Part shown: positions 9,114-19,520 of the stretch, one piece after another | Numbering within the stretch: position 1 is the first letter of the stretch | How the letters are laid out: the number at the start of each line of letters is the position of its first letter | Source of the DNA: Dehalococcoidia bacterium | GTDB taxonomy: Bacteria; Chloroflexota; Dehalococcoidia; Lucifugimonadales; UBA3495 | NCBI GenBank assembly: GCA_965232885.1 | Contig: CBDDQX010000002.1 | Coordinates: 13,993-77,992 of the forward strand | Direction of reading: 5' to 3' | Length of the DNA: 64,000 bases | Notes under the pieces: model-generated | Told to the model about the DNA's origin: nothing | Seen by the model: the letters and a program-made list of their open reading frames with translations, nothing else | Databases searched by the model: none | Position numbers and translations under genes: made by a program

Positions 9114-10412
9114 GTGAACAGCGACTCCAGTATAAACGTGGGCCTGATGGGTCTCGGTGTCGTAGGAGGCGGTGTTGCCTCGGCGCTGTTGCGCGACCCT
9201 TCGACAGTGGCTGCCCGAGTCGGGCGGCCGGTGAACCTGCGCAGAGCGCTGGTGCGCGATGTATCCCGCCCCCGGGACGTTGAACTGCCGTCTGGAATAC
9301 TGACCACCAATGCCGAAGATATCCTTGACGACCCTGATATACACATACTGGTTGAGGTGATGGGCGGTTCGGACCCGGCGACAGACTATTTCCGCCGGGC
9401 CATATCGTCGGGTAAGCATGTGGTAACCGCCAACAAGGAAGTAATGGCGAAAGATGGCGCGGAACTGATGTCCCTGGCCCGCGCCAACCGGGTCAGCCTG
9501 CTGTTCGAGGCCAGCGTCGGCGGTGGCATCCCCATCGTCGGATGCTTGATGAACGAGCTGGCCGCCAACGACATCTACTCCGTCCGCACCATCATCAACG
9601 GCACCACCAACTACATCCTCACCCGCATGGCTCACCAGCGCACGGCCTTCGCCGAGGCTCTGGCCGAAGCCCAGGGCCTTGGCTACGCCGAGGCCGACCC
9701 CACCAACGACGTTGAGGGAATCGACGCTTCGTACAAACTTACCGTGCTGGCTACACTGGCCTATGGCCGCCGCTTCCGGCCTGAGGATGTATACCGGCAG
9801 GGCATCTCAACACTCGAACCGCAGGATTTCCGGTACGCGCAGGAATTTGGCTACTCTATCAAGTCGCTGGCGATCGCCGACCTGAACGCTGGCGCAGTGC
9901 AATTGCGTGTCTATCCGGCTCTGGTGCCAGAAGAAAATATGCTTGCCAATGTCAATGGCGTGTACAATGCGGCGGAGATAGACGGTGACCTCTGCGGGCG
10001 TGTGCTGTTCCATGGCATGGGCGCAGGCCGCGGCCCCACTACCAGCGCGGTGCTGGGAGACTTGGTGGAGACTGCCCGCCTGGTGCGCGATGATGCCGTG
10101 CCCGGCGGCCCGCGGGAGCTGTCGCAGGAACTGGCCGTGCGGCCGATTGATGAGCTGCACACCAGGTACTACATTCGCCTAGAGGTGGCTGACCGGGCGG
10201 GTGTGCTGGCCCAGATAGCCAAGGCTCTTGGCGACTGCGACATTAGCATCGCTTCTGTGTTGCAAAAAGACGCTCATGTGGAGACTCAGAGCGCTGAAAT
10301 TGTCATAATGACTCATCCGGCACGGGAATCTTCGGTCCAACGGGCGTTGTTGGATATTGGCGGATTACCCCCCGTTCGCCGGGTTGGCAACATGATCAGG
10401 GTTGAGGAGTAA
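9114..10412 (+). CDS. hom: Homoserine dehydrogenase with C-terminal ACT domain
   Basis: GLGVVGGG, HVVTANK, FEASVGGGIP, INGTTNYIL, GYAEADP, DRAGVLAQI. Confidence 0.95.
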   Translation: MNSDSSINVGLMGLGVVGGGVASALLRDPSTVAARVGRPVNLRRALVRDVSRPRDVELPSGILTTNAEDILDDPDIHILVEVMGGSDPATDYFRRAISSGKHVVTANKEVMAKDGAELMSLARANRVSLLFEASVGGGIPIVGCLMNELAANDIYSVRTIINGTTNYILTRMAHQRTAFAEALAEAQGLGYAEADPTNDVEGIDASYKLTVLATLAYGRRFRPEDVYRQGISTLEPQDFRYAQEFGYSIKSLAIADLNAGAVQLRVYPALVPEENMLANVNGVYNAAEIDGDLCGRVLFHGMGAGRGPTTSAVLGDLVETARLVRDDAVPGGPRELSQELAVRPIDELHTRYYIRLEVADRAGVLAQIAKALGDCDISIASVLQKDAHVETQSAEIVIMTHPARESSVQRALLDIGGLPPVRRVGNMIRVEE

Positions 10413-10465
10413 ATTCCCGGTAGCCGGAATAACAAACCACCCTTCGGGGCAATGATTGGAACGAT

Positions 10466-11518
10466 ATGGGCCTTGGCGTACTGAAAACATACCGCGACTT
10501 GTTGCCGGTTACTGATGCTACGCCCATGATTACCCTGGGCGAGGGCGATACGCCGCTGGTGAAGTCCAACAGGCTGGCTGCCGAGCTGGGATGCCCGGAG
10601 TTGTACTTCAAGCTGGAAGGATGCAACCCCACTGGCTCCTTCAAAGATCGCGGAATGGTGGTTGCTATCGCAAAAGCGCTGGAAGAAGGAAGCCGGGCAA
10701 TAATGTGCGCTTCCACCGGAAACACCAGCGCATCCGCCGCCGCTTTCGGCGCCTACAGCGGACTTCCCGCCTTGGTGATTATCCCCAAGGGCGAAGTGGC
10801 GATGGGTAAATTGGCTCAGGCCATGGCTTACGGCGCGAAAATCATAATGGTCAATGGCAATTTCGATACCGCCCTTGAACTGGTGCGCTCCTTCACCACC
10901 AAGCACGAGGTCACGCTGGTTAATTCGGTCAATCCCTACCGGATTGAAGGCCAGAAGACGGCGGCCTTCGAGATTGTTGATTCTCTCGGCGACGCGCCGG
11001 ACTACTTGTTTATACCAGTGGGAAACGCTGGCAACATCACCGCCTATTGGCGCGGCTTCCGGGAATACCACGAGCTGGGCCGCAGCAAAACTTTGCCCAA
11101 GATGATGGGTTTTCAGGCCGAAGGCGCGGCGCCCATCGTAAGGGGCGAGCCGGTAACTAACCCGCAAACGATCGCGTCGGCCATCCGCATTGGCAATCCG
11201 GCTAGCTGGAAGGGAGCGCTGGAGGCCCGCGACAGTTCCGGAGGCGCCATAGACATGGTGTCGGATGACGAGATACTTGAAGGATACCGCCTATTGGCTT
11301 CGCAGGAAGGGATATTCTGCGAACCGGCGTCGGCGGCTTCCTTTGCCGGTTTGATCAAGTTGCACAAGAAAGGGCTGGATCTGTCGGACCGCCGCGTAGT
11401 CTGCGTCTTCACCGGCACGGGATTGAAGGACCCGGATCTGGCGGTCACAAGCGTTGCCCCGCAGACCATCGTTGTTGAGCCAACACTGGAGGCGGTAGAG
11501 GCGGTCGCCCTGTCCTAG
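10466..11518 (+). CDS. thrC: Threonine synthase
   Basis: [43 protein letters not shown]. Confidence 0.96.
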   Translation: MGLGVLKTYRDLLPVTDATPMITLGEGDTPLVKSNRLAAELGCPELYFKLEGCNPTGSFKDRGMVVAIAKALEEGSRAIMCASTGNTSASAAAFGAYSGLPALVIIPKGEVAMGKLAQAMAYGAKIIMVNGNFDTALELVRSFTTKHEVTLVNSVNPYRIEGQKTAAFEIVDSLGDAPDYLFIPVGNAGNITAYWRGFREYHELGRSKTLPKMMGFQAEGAAPIVRGEPVTNPQTIASAIRIGNPASWKGALEARDSSGGAIDMVSDDEILEGYRLLASQEGIFCEPASAASFAGLIKLHKKGLDLSDRRVVCVFTGTGLKDPDLAVTSVAPQTIVVEPTLEAVEAVALS

Positions 11519-11578
11519 CGTCCTGGATTCGCATAAACTCCCTCCCATGATACAGGAGGGTAATGAAGAGGCGAAATT

Positions 11579-12136
11579 ACGGTCGAGCAGAGCCGGATAC
11601 AGCAGGCGGTAGCCGAAATCCTAGAGGCCGTAGGCGAAGACCCGCAACGGGAAGGCTTGGAAGAGACGCCGGCCCGTGTTGCGCGGATGTACCAATCCCT
11701 GTTTGCGGGAGTCGGCCTACGCGCCGCAGATGCCATTGACGCCGTGTTTGAGACCAGCGCCAACGATCCGGTGGCCCTAAGCCATCTATCCTTTTACTCG
11801 ATGTGCGAACACCACCTGTTGCCCTTCTTCGGAGAGGCTCGTATTGGCTACGTTCCCAGGCGCCGGATTGCCGGAATAAGCAAACTGGGCCGGGCGCTGG
11901 AGATTGCCGCGGCCAAGCCGCAGGTGCAAGAGCGTCTCACGGCTGAAGTGGCTGATGCCGTTTACGACGCGCTTCAACCGGAAATCGTAGTGGTGGAGCT
12001 GGAAGCGGAGCATCTCTGTATGTCCATGCGGGGTATCCGTAAACCGGGCGCCCGAATGTTGACTACCGCTGTCAGGAACACGTCATCCGACAAGGAGACC
12101 AGGGAAACATTAATAAATCTGATGCACAGCAGCTAG
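11579..12136 (+). CDS. folE: GTP cyclohydrolase I (start uncertain; conserved N-terminus extends upstream of the first canonical start)
   Basis: GEDPQREGLEETPARVARMY, SMCEHHLLPFFG, GISKL, QVQERLT, HLCMSMRG. The frame is open from about 11567 but the first canonical start is TTG at 11657. Confidence 0.85.
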   Translation, partial: TVEQSRIQQAVAEILEAVGEDPQREGLEETPARVARMYQSLFAGVGLRAADAIDAVFETSANDPVALSHLSFYSMCEHHLLPFFGEARIGYVPRRRIAGISKLGRALEIAAAKPQVQERLTAEVADAVYDALQPEIVVVELEAEHLCMSMRGIRKPGARMLTTAVRNTSSDKETRETLINLMHSS

Positions 12137-12138
12137 AC

Positions 12139-13119
12139 GTGCCCGTTAATTTCATCGCATCCTTTGCGGACGCGCGGGAAGAATGGGACTCCGTGTTGAG
12201 CGACTCTCCGGTCGCCAGTATTTTCCTGTCCCGCCAGTGGCAGGAAGTCTGGTGGGAAAACTTTGGGACCGGGCGTGAGATGGTCAGTTTCAGCGTCCCC
12301 TCTGACGGCGGAAGCGTGGACGCATTGGCGTCACTGTCCCGGGTGGACGGAGCTATAGGTTTCGTCGGCGCACCCGACACTTTCGATTATAACGACTTCC
12401 TGGTGCGTCCCGGCTTCGAGGAAGCCTTTTACGGGACTTTGCTGGATGTCCTCGATGATTGGGAGTGGGACGGCCTGCGTCTGGACTCGCTCATTGAAGA
12501 CTCGCCCACTCTTGCCCACCTGCCCGGCATGGCCCGCAGTCGCGGCTATTCCGTGGAGGTGGAATACGAGGATGTTACTTCCGGGGTGCCCCTTCCCGGA
12601 GACTGGGAGCAGTACCTGGGGTTATTGACCAAGAAAGACCGCCATGAGCTGCGCCGGAAACTGCGCCGCCTCGACTCGCAGACAGAATGGAGATGGTATT
12701 GCCTGGCCTCTCCTGACGAAGTAATGGAAAACTTCGATGACTTCCTGTCGCTGATGCGGATGAGCCGCAACGATAAGGAAGAATATATGACGCCTGAACG
12801 GGAGCGGTTCTTCCGTGCCCTTGCGCGCCGAATGGCCGAGCTGGACCGCATCCGATTGTTCTATATGGAAATAGACGGTGTTAAGGCAGCAGCAAGCCTG
12901 TGCTTTGACTATGGTGGAGCGCGTCTATTGTACAATAGCGGATATGACCCCAGCCTCTCCTATTACAGCGCTGGCCTGTTGTTGCACGCCATGTGTGTGA
13001 GAGACGCAATCGAGCAGGGACTCGGGTACTTCGATTTCCTGCGCGGTCCTGAACCTTACAAAGCGCACTTGGGCGGTCGTCAGAAGAGTCTCTACAGAAT
13101 GATGGTGAAACGAAGTTGA
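12139..13119 (+). CDS. GNAT family acetyltransferase (CelD/BcsL-like)
   Basis: IFLSRQW, DYNDFL, LYNSGYDP, FDFLRGPEPYK. Confidence 0.8.
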   Translation: MPVNFIASFADAREEWDSVLSDSPVASIFLSRQWQEVWWENFGTGREMVSFSVPSDGGSVDALASLSRVDGAIGFVGAPDTFDYNDFLVRPGFEEAFYGTLLDVLDDWEWDGLRLDSLIEDSPTLAHLPGMARSRGYSVEVEYEDVTSGVPLPGDWEQYLGLLTKKDRHELRRKLRRLDSQTEWRWYCLASPDEVMENFDDFLSLMRMSRNDKEEYMTPERERFFRALARRMAELDRIRLFYMEIDGVKAAASLCFDYGGARLLYNSGYDPSLSYYSAGLLLHAMCVRDAIEQGLGYFDFLRGPEPYKAHLGGRQKSLYRMMVKRS

Positions 13120-14339
13120 GCGTTGAGCGAGCCGCGTTCATTACGTTCCACGCTTGCCCCCTGGCCGCTCCCGGACAAGGGAAGTCGGGGGGCATGAACG
13201 TCTACGTCAGGGAGCTCTCGCGGGCGATGGGTGAATCAGGAATCCAGGTGGATATCTTCACCCGTGAACACGAGGGCGGCTCTGGTATTGAAGAAATTAT
13301 CCCAGGCGTCCGTGTCATCCACTTGCCGGGCGGTCCGCCTGAGGCAGGGATAGGCGAACTCTATTCCCATCTCCCCGGCTTTCTGCGGGAACTTCATGCC
13401 TTTCGTGAAGAGGAAGGGCATCGCTACGATGTGGCGCACTCCCACTACTGGCTGTCCGCATGGATCGGCCAACGCCTGTCCCAGAGTCTTCGTATTCCTC
13501 ACGTGGTCACGTTCCACACCCTGGCCTTGATAAAAATGCAATCCCGCGCCGGAGAAATGGAACCGGAAGAGCGCTCGACCGTGGAGCGGGAAGCGATGCT
13601 AACCGCCGACCGAATCATCGCCTTCAGCGGCCACGAGCGGGATGCCATGGCCAACCTCTACGGCGCTGATCCCGCCAGAGTAACGCTGGCTCCCTGCGGG
13701 GTTGACCTAGCCAAGTTCCGCCCGCTGGACCAGAAGGAAGTCCGCCAACGCCTGGGTCTGAATGGAGAAAAAGTCCTGCTGTACGTGGGCCGGGTGGAGC
13801 CGCTGAAGGGTTTGGACCTGCTGGTGGAGACCGCTGCGCAGATGGAAGCGGGGGAAGAAAATGTGCGGATGATGGTGGTGGGCGGAGGAGGTCCAGGTGA
13901 GCCTGAGACCGACCGGGTGCGGCAACTGGCGAAAGAACGACAGGTGGACGGCCTGATTGACTTTGTGGGGCGCGTGGACCATGACGACCTGCCGCTCTAT
14001 TACAACGCAGCCGACGTGTGCGTGGTGCCTTCGTATTATGAGAGCTTCGGATTGGTGGCCCTGGAGTCCATGGCCTGCGGCACGCCGGTAGTAGCCTCTC
14101 GCGTGGGTGGCCTGCCCACCATCGTCCATCACGGGCATACGGGCTACCTGAAGTCCTGGCGTTGTCCTGAGGCCTTTGCCAACTCGGTGGAAATGCTGAT
14201 TTCCAGTTCCGGGTTGCAGGAAAGCATGGGTGCGGCGGCAAGACGCCGGGCCGAACTGATGGGTTGGAACAACGTTGCTGCCATGATTTCCGAGGAATAT
14301 CGCGTCCTGACCGCCGGGGAAAGCCGAGCCGGAAATTAG
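13116..14339 (+). CDS. GT4 glycosyltransferase, MshA (D-inositol-3-phosphate glycosyltransferase)-like
   Basis: PGQGKSGGMNVYV, HSHYWLS, TFHTL, VGRVEPLKG, PSYYESFGLVALE. Confidence 0.85.
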   Translation: MSVERAAFITFHACPLAAPGQGKSGGMNVYVRELSRAMGESGIQVDIFTREHEGGSGIEEIIPGVRVIHLPGGPPEAGIGELYSHLPGFLRELHAFREEEGHRYDVAHSHYWLSAWIGQRLSQSLRIPHVVTFHTLALIKMQSRAGEMEPEERSTVEREAMLTADRIIAFSGHERDAMANLYGADPARVTLAPCGVDLAKFRPLDQKEVRQRLGLNGEKVLLYVGRVEPLKGLDLLVETAAQMEAGEENVRMMVVGGGGPGEPETDRVRQLAKERQVDGLIDFVGRVDHDDLPLYYNAADVCVVPSYYESFGLVALESMACGTPVVASRVGGLPTIVHHGHTGYLKSWRCPEAFANSVEMLISSSGLQESMGAAARRRAELMGWNNVAAMISEEYRVLTAGESRAGN

Positions 14340-14343
14340 CGCG

Positions 14344-15069
14344 ATGACATCCCCAGTCGAATCCGGTGGCTCCACAGAAGCGACCAAACGCCGCCGCTTT
14401 TGGTTCCTGCGTCGCGTAGCCGGCCATTTTCAGCGCACAATGGTTGCCGGGATTCTGGTGATGTTGCCCATCGGCATCACTGCATTGGTGCTGAAGTTCG
14501 TCTTCGACCTGCTGAACCCTATCCTCCAAAGGTATACGGATTTGGTGCCAGGCCCCGATATTCAAGGCACTGGCATAATTGCCCTGCTGGTCCTCATCTA
14601 CCTGGTGGGCTTGATCGCCGCATTTGTGATTGGCCGCCGCCTGATAGACGTGGCTCACCGGGTAATGGAGCTGATACCCTTTGTCAAGGGTATATACAGC
14701 ACCACCCGCAGTGCGATACAACTCCTGGGCGGCAATCTGGATGCGGAAGAACGCGACAAGTACACGGGGGTGGTGCTGATTGAATTCCCCCGCCCTGGTA
14801 TCCATTCCATCGGGCTGATCACCTCTCGGATGGACAATCCCGACGGCGGGGAATTTTTGTCAGTCTACATCCCGACTACGCCCATACCTTCCTCCGGGTT
14901 CCTGGTAATCGTCCCTGACTCGGAGGTTATCACTACGGACATATCAGTGGAGGATGCAATGAGCGTGGTGGTTTCCGGCGGCATACTGACGCGCCGGGTG
15001 TTTGAGCGCTCTGTGTTTGAGGAAACTGAAATAGGCATTAACGGCGACTACAAAGGCACAGGCAAGTAA
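14344..15069 (+). CDS. DUF502 membrane protein
   Basis: AGILVMLPIGIT, IPFVKGIY, VLIEFPR, VYIPTTPIPSSGF. Confidence 0.88.
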   Translation: MTSPVESGGSTEATKRRRFWFLRRVAGHFQRTMVAGILVMLPIGITALVLKFVFDLLNPILQRYTDLVPGPDIQGTGIIALLVLIYLVGLIAAFVIGRRLIDVAHRVMELIPFVKGIYSTTRSAIQLLGGNLDAEERDKYTGVVLIEFPRPGIHSIGLITSRMDNPDGGEFLSVYIPTTPIPSSGFLVIVPDSEVITTDISVEDAMSVVVSGGILTRRVFERSVFEETEIGINGDYKGTGK

Positions 15070-15098
15070 GGCATGAACCGACAGGAGGATTCTGGACG

Positions 15099-15803
15099 AT
15101 GGTTGATACCCCGCAGCGCGTCCTAGTGGTAATTCCACACCCGAACGATTCCGAATTGTGGTGCGCGGGCAGCATAGCCAAGTGGGTAGATGAGGGCGCA
15201 ACCGTGCGCTACGTAGTCTGCACCGATGGGAGCAAGGGAACCTCTGACCCGGAGGTCTCCCAAGCAGGTCTAGCGGCCATCCGTGAGCAGGAGCAGGCTG
15301 ACGCGGCCCGAGAACTGGGCGTGCACGAACTGGTGGCGCTGGGTCGCCCTGACGGCGGGCTGGAAGACACCGATGACTTCCGCCGGGAACTGGTGCGGCA
15401 GATTCGCCAGACGCGGCCCGACATCGTCGTCTGCCCGGAACCATACCGCAAGAACCTGGCCTGGCATCGTGATAACCGAATTACCGGGCAGGTTACCCTT
15501 GACGCCGTTTTTCCCTGCGCCCGCGATCACCTTCACTTCGAGGAATTGTGGCGGGACGAGGGCCTGGAGCCGCACAAGACCGGCACCGTGCTGTTCTGGG
15601 GAACGGAGACCCCCAACACTTTCATTGATATAGGGGAGTCGTTGGCATCCAAGGTTCGCGCTGTCAAGGCCAACAAGAGCCGTCTGGATGGACGGTCAGC
15701 ACAGGAAATTGACGACTTCATCCAACAGCAAGCTCGGCAAGGGGCGGGAGAGACCGAGGCCAGCTACGGCGAGGCGTTCCGCAAGATAACTTTCCGCACG
15801 TAG
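15099..15803 (+). CDS. PIG-L/LmbE family deacetylase-like protein with degenerate active site
   Basis: HPNDSE, TDGSKG, IREQEQ, IRQTRPD, HRDN, EAFR. Confidence 0.8.
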   Translation: MVDTPQRVLVVIPHPNDSELWCAGSIAKWVDEGATVRYVVCTDGSKGTSDPEVSQAGLAAIREQEQADAARELGVHELVALGRPDGGLEDTDDFRRELVRQIRQTRPDIVVCPEPYRKNLAWHRDNRITGQVTLDAVFPCARDHLHFEELWRDEGLEPHKTGTVLFWGTETPNTFIDIGESLASKVRAVKANKSRLDGRSAQEIDDFIQQQARQGAGETEASYGEAFRKITFRT

Positions 15804-15819
15804 GGCCGCACAAGGTAAT

Positions 15820-17478
15820 CTACAGCGGGTCGCCACCGCCTTTCAGTATAGCGTCGCGCAGCAGGGGGAGTGGCGGCGCGCCGTATGACAGCAGGCGGTC
15901 GTGGAAGGCTCTGAGCGAGTAGCCGCCGTTCTGCTCCCGGCGGTAATCCTCCCGCAGCTTGAGAATCATCAGCTTGCCGAGCGTATAGTTCAGATAACCG
16001 GGGTCGAAAATGCCGCGCAGCGCCTCCCGCCTTGCCGGATGCTCGCCCATATATGCCTTTTCCATGAAGAACCGCGTTGCTTCGTCCACGGTCATGTGCC
16101 CGGTGTGCATGGCGATGGAACACATATAGCGACAGTTGCGGACCAGCGCCTCCAGCAGTTGCGTTAGCAGCAACGCAGGCTTGTTCTGCCCGTAATCCGT
16201 CTCCAGCATCATTTGCTCTGTGTAGTGCGCCCAGCCTTCGCTGAAGGCGTAGGATGTGGCGGCGCGATTGATCAAGGGCAAGGGCCTGCCGTATCGATTA
16301 TGCAGATTGTGGACGAAGTGGCCAGGGTACACCTCATGAATTGAAATAATCTTGAGAGTGTTGTAGTCGAACTTCGCCAGCCACTCTTCCGCTTGCTCTG
16401 CCGTCCAATGCTCTTCTACCGGGGTGACGTAATAGAAAGATTCGGTAGCCTGGGTCTCCAGCGCGCCCGCGCTGTCCATTGCGGCGAAGGCGTAGCGCAT
16501 ATAGGCCGGGGTTTCCACAACCTGGCAGCGATCCTCGGATGGCAGAGAAATGATGTCGTAGTCAGCCAGGGACTGTCGGATGTCTTCCAGCATTTCGCGG
16601 GTGTCGGGAATTAGGGATTGAGCCGTGGGATGAACACGGCTGTTTTCGTCCACAATCTCCCGAACGGTCTTTCCGGGATCAATCGAGGCTGCGACCTCGT
16701 GGATGCGGGACAGGTTTTCGTCCAGATTCGCCTGTCCCACCGCGGCTACCCGCTCCAACGGCAGGTCCAGCCCCTCGCCGGTCGCCAGCATCCTTGAGTA
16801 CAACCGGCCTCCGATGGCGAAGTCGTTATCGCCGCCTTGCGAGCGGGCCTTCAGTCTTTCGACGAACCCGTCCAACGCGCCTGCCGCTGTATTCAGAGCA
16901 GCCGTGAAAGCAGCCGCGATTTCCTGGTCTGCCACGTCATTGGCGAAGGCAGCCAGGTCGGTTCGGTAAAAGTGGGCCATGCCGGCGTAGCTTTCCACGC
17001 TCATATCCACCATGTGGCGGGAAAGGTCTTCGCGCAAAGCTGCATCCAGCGTTTGCAGGAAGTCAGGAACTTGACGAAGGGCCGTAGTTGCGGCCCGCAA
17101 CCTTTCCTCCAGTGGAGCGTAATCGCGGCGTACATATCCACCCATGTTGAGAAACCCGGCCTGCCGCATCGGGTTGTTTTCCAGGGGCCGCATTTCCTCA
17201 AAAGTAAACAGCTCGCGCTCCATGAAAAGCGCCAGCATACGGTAGGGAAGCCGCTCTTCATCCCCCAGATACGATGTGTCGAGAGCCTGCAACTCGGCGA
17301 TCCCTCGGCGAATCTCGCGCTCGCGGCGGCTGACCTGGGACGGAGACAGATCCGGCAGGCGGCCATCATACTCGTGCCGCCCGATGCGCGACCCTGCTGT
17401 TGGATAGAAATCCCAATGTTCGGTTATCAGCCGCTCGGACAAGGCACTGAATTCTGAGCCGTCGTTGTTCTTCGTCAT
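15820..17478 (-). CDS. DUF885 family protein
   Basis: HEVYPGH, FSEGWAHYTE, YTLGKL, FHDRLLSYG. Confidence 0.88.
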   Translation of the reverse strand: MTKNNDGSEFSALSERLITEHWDFYPTAGSRIGRHEYDGRLPDLSPSQVSRREREIRRGIAELQALDTSYLGDEERLPYRMLALFMERELFTFEEMRPLENNPMRQAGFLNMGGYVRRDYAPLEERLRAATTALRQVPDFLQTLDAALREDLSRHMVDMSVESYAGMAHFYRTDLAAFANDVADQEIAAAFTAALNTAAGALDGFVERLKARSQGGDNDFAIGGRLYSRMLATGEGLDLPLERVAAVGQANLDENLSRIHEVAASIDPGKTVREIVDENSRVHPTAQSLIPDTREMLEDIRQSLADYDIISLPSEDRCQVVETPAYMRYAFAAMDSAGALETQATESFYYVTPVEEHWTAEQAEEWLAKFDYNTLKIISIHEVYPGHFVHNLHNRYGRPLPLINRAATSYAFSEGWAHYTEQMMLETDYGQNKPALLLTQLLEALVRNCRYMCSIAMHTGHMTVDEATRFFMEKAYMGEHPARREALRGIFDPGYLNYTLGKLMILKLREDYRREQNGGYSLRAFHDRLLSYGAPPLPLLRDAILKGGGDPL

Positions 17479-17586
17479 CGCTGCTTTCCTGGCAGAAGTT
17501 GATTAAAAACCCAGGGCGGGTGTTACGCCGCCCCGGGAGAATGGTCCGGGAGCAATGAAGATACGCCATGCTTGAGCGATTCCCCG

Positions 17587-17898
17587 CTAGAGGACTTCGC
17601 TTATCTGGTATTGGGGAGAGATGTCGGTGTAGTTCTTGATGTCGCCCAGGATTTCGCGTCCGTGCGTCTTGAATCCCTCGTGAACCTCGTCCTCTGTGTT
17701 GAAATACAGTGTGGCCATGGCGCGGAACGGGGCCGGAGCGTTGGGGTCGGCGGCAGATACCCCACGTTCGAGTTCGCTTCGGCTGAGGCCCATGGGGTCC
17801 AGCAGGCGATGCACGGTCTCCATGTGGGTGCCTGCCCAGTAGTCGAAATCAAAGTTCTTGCCCTCTTCGTTGGGATACAGCACGGTTACTTTAATCAT
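17587..17898 (-). CDS. EthD family reductase
   Basis: MIKVTVLYP...FDFDYW..H...DIKNYTD. Confidence 0.85.
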   Translation of the reverse strand: MIKVTVLYPNEEGKNFDFDYWAGTHMETVHRLLDPMGLSRSELERGVSAADPNAPAPFRAMATLYFNTEDEVHEGFKTHGREILGDIKNYTDISPQYQISEVL

Positions 17899-18084
17899 CG
17901 GGTGTCTCCTCGCTATTGGCCGTTCTATTCGGCGTGTTCACTGCAACGGAACGCCGGTTCAGCCTCAGTGTACATTCCGGCCTCTATACTGGCAACGCCA
18001 TCCAAAGTATCGGTTACGACGTATTTGCTACAATGACGGACAAGGTTCTCCAGGTCCGGAATCTCACAGTTTCAGGATAGTGTC

Positions 18085-19479
18085 TTGCAGATTGCGAAGT
18101 TTCCCCGTTTGTTCCTCCACCTTGCTGCTGCGGCTGCCGTTGTGTTTGCGCTGCTGCTGGCAGTCGGCTGCGCCGCTGGGGAAGAAACGCCCCAATCAGA
18201 TGCAGACGGTGACGAATTAGCGCTGGTTTGGGAAGCGCTGAACGCAGTGAACCTCAATTATGCCGCCCCTGTATCTGTTGATCAGCAGGCGATGGCCGGA
18301 GGCGCCATAGGCAGGATTATGCAGATGGGAGATATAGCCCCTTACCCCTTTCTGTCCGATTTAGGCCGTATGAGAGGACAGATGCCTTCCTCCGTGCCCG
18401 AAGAAATGACCGACCTTTGGCGGGCCTCCCAAATCTACCTGGAAGAAAACCCCGACGTTGAATCGGACGAGTTGGCCCCGATTCTGATCCGGGGGATGAT
18501 GGATGCCCTTCCCGGCTTGTCTTCCGCCTATTTCACCGCAGACCAACTGCCGGAGGCCAGGGAGCGAATTGAGCGGGATGTTGAGGGTTCCTACCTCGGC
18601 ATAGGCGCCAGCGTAGTGGCGCAGGAAGACCGGATCCTCTTGTTCCCCTTTGCGGACTCTCCTGCTGAGAAGGCGGGTATAGAGCAGGGCGACTCCCTCC
18701 TGGCGGTGAACGGCGTTCCGGTTAGCGGCGCCACTCCCTCGGAAGTGGGAGAGCAGGTCAGGGGGCCCGAGGGAACCAAGGTGCTTCTGCAACTGGAGCG
18801 GCTGGGAGAGCCCGCCCCGCTGGAGCTGGAGGTGTTTCGGGGCAACATACAACTGGACACGGTAGGCAGCCAACTGGTGCGCGGCGGCATCGGCTACGTT
18901 CGGATACAGAGGTTCCGCGACAACACCGGCGACCAGGTTTTCGAGGCCCTGGAGCGGCTCAAGCAATTCGATATGCTGGCCCTCATACTTGACCTTCGCC
19001 GCAACCCGGGCGGCTCTGCGGACGCAGCGGCTGAGGTTGCCGCCCAGATACTGCCCCCTGGAGGCACCTTCAGATTCGTTGAACGAGGAGACGGTGAACG
19101 CCGGGAGCAGTTGATTCCGGAGTATGAAGGCCGTCTCTCTCTGGAAGAGTTGCCGGTGGCAGTCTTGGTGGACGAGTTGACAATCGGGGAAGCGGAAGCC
19201 CTGGCCGCGGTATTGCAGGAAGCGGAGCGGGCTACAATCGTGGGGGTTCCGACTTTCGGAGATGGTTCAGACTACAGCCTCGTGGAACTGAAGGATGGCT
19301 CGGCTTTGTATATTCCCACCTCCAGCTGGTACACCCCCAGTGGCGCCTGGGTGGGCGACGGGCCAGTGCAGCCGGACCACTACGTGGAATATGAGGAAGT
19401 GCCCACCGGCGTGGGTGGAGAACTCCAGTTCAACACCGCCTACGAATTTCTGGATGCGCAACTGCCGCTGTTCCGGTAA
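18085..19479 (+). CDS. S41 (CtpA-like) PDZ protease homologue, putative lipoprotein, catalytic dyad substituted
   Basis: Lipobox-like LAVGC, YLGIGA PDZ loop, IGYVRI, LILDLRRNPGG. TIGEAE and TFGDG replace SASASE and TFGKG. Confidence 0.8.
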   Translation: MQIAKFPRLFLHLAAAAAVVFALLLAVGCAAGEETPQSDADGDELALVWEALNAVNLNYAAPVSVDQQAMAGGAIGRIMQMGDIAPYPFLSDLGRMRGQMPSSVPEEMTDLWRASQIYLEENPDVESDELAPILIRGMMDALPGLSSAYFTADQLPEARERIERDVEGSYLGIGASVVAQEDRILLFPFADSPAEKAGIEQGDSLLAVNGVPVSGATPSEVGEQVRGPEGTKVLLQLERLGEPAPLELEVFRGNIQLDTVGSQLVRGGIGYVRIQRFRDNTGDQVFEALERLKQFDMLALILDLRRNPGGSADAAAEVAAQILPPGGTFRFVERGDGERREQLIPEYEGRLSLEELPVAVLVDELTIGEAEALAAVLQEAERATIVGVPTFGDGSDYSLVELKDGSALYIPTSSWYTPSGAWVGDGPVQPDHYVEYEEVPTGVGGELQFNTAYEFLDAQLPLFR

Positions 19480-19520
19480 GCAGGGATCCCCCGTTAGGAG
19501 TTACGCAGTTCGCTATAGTT

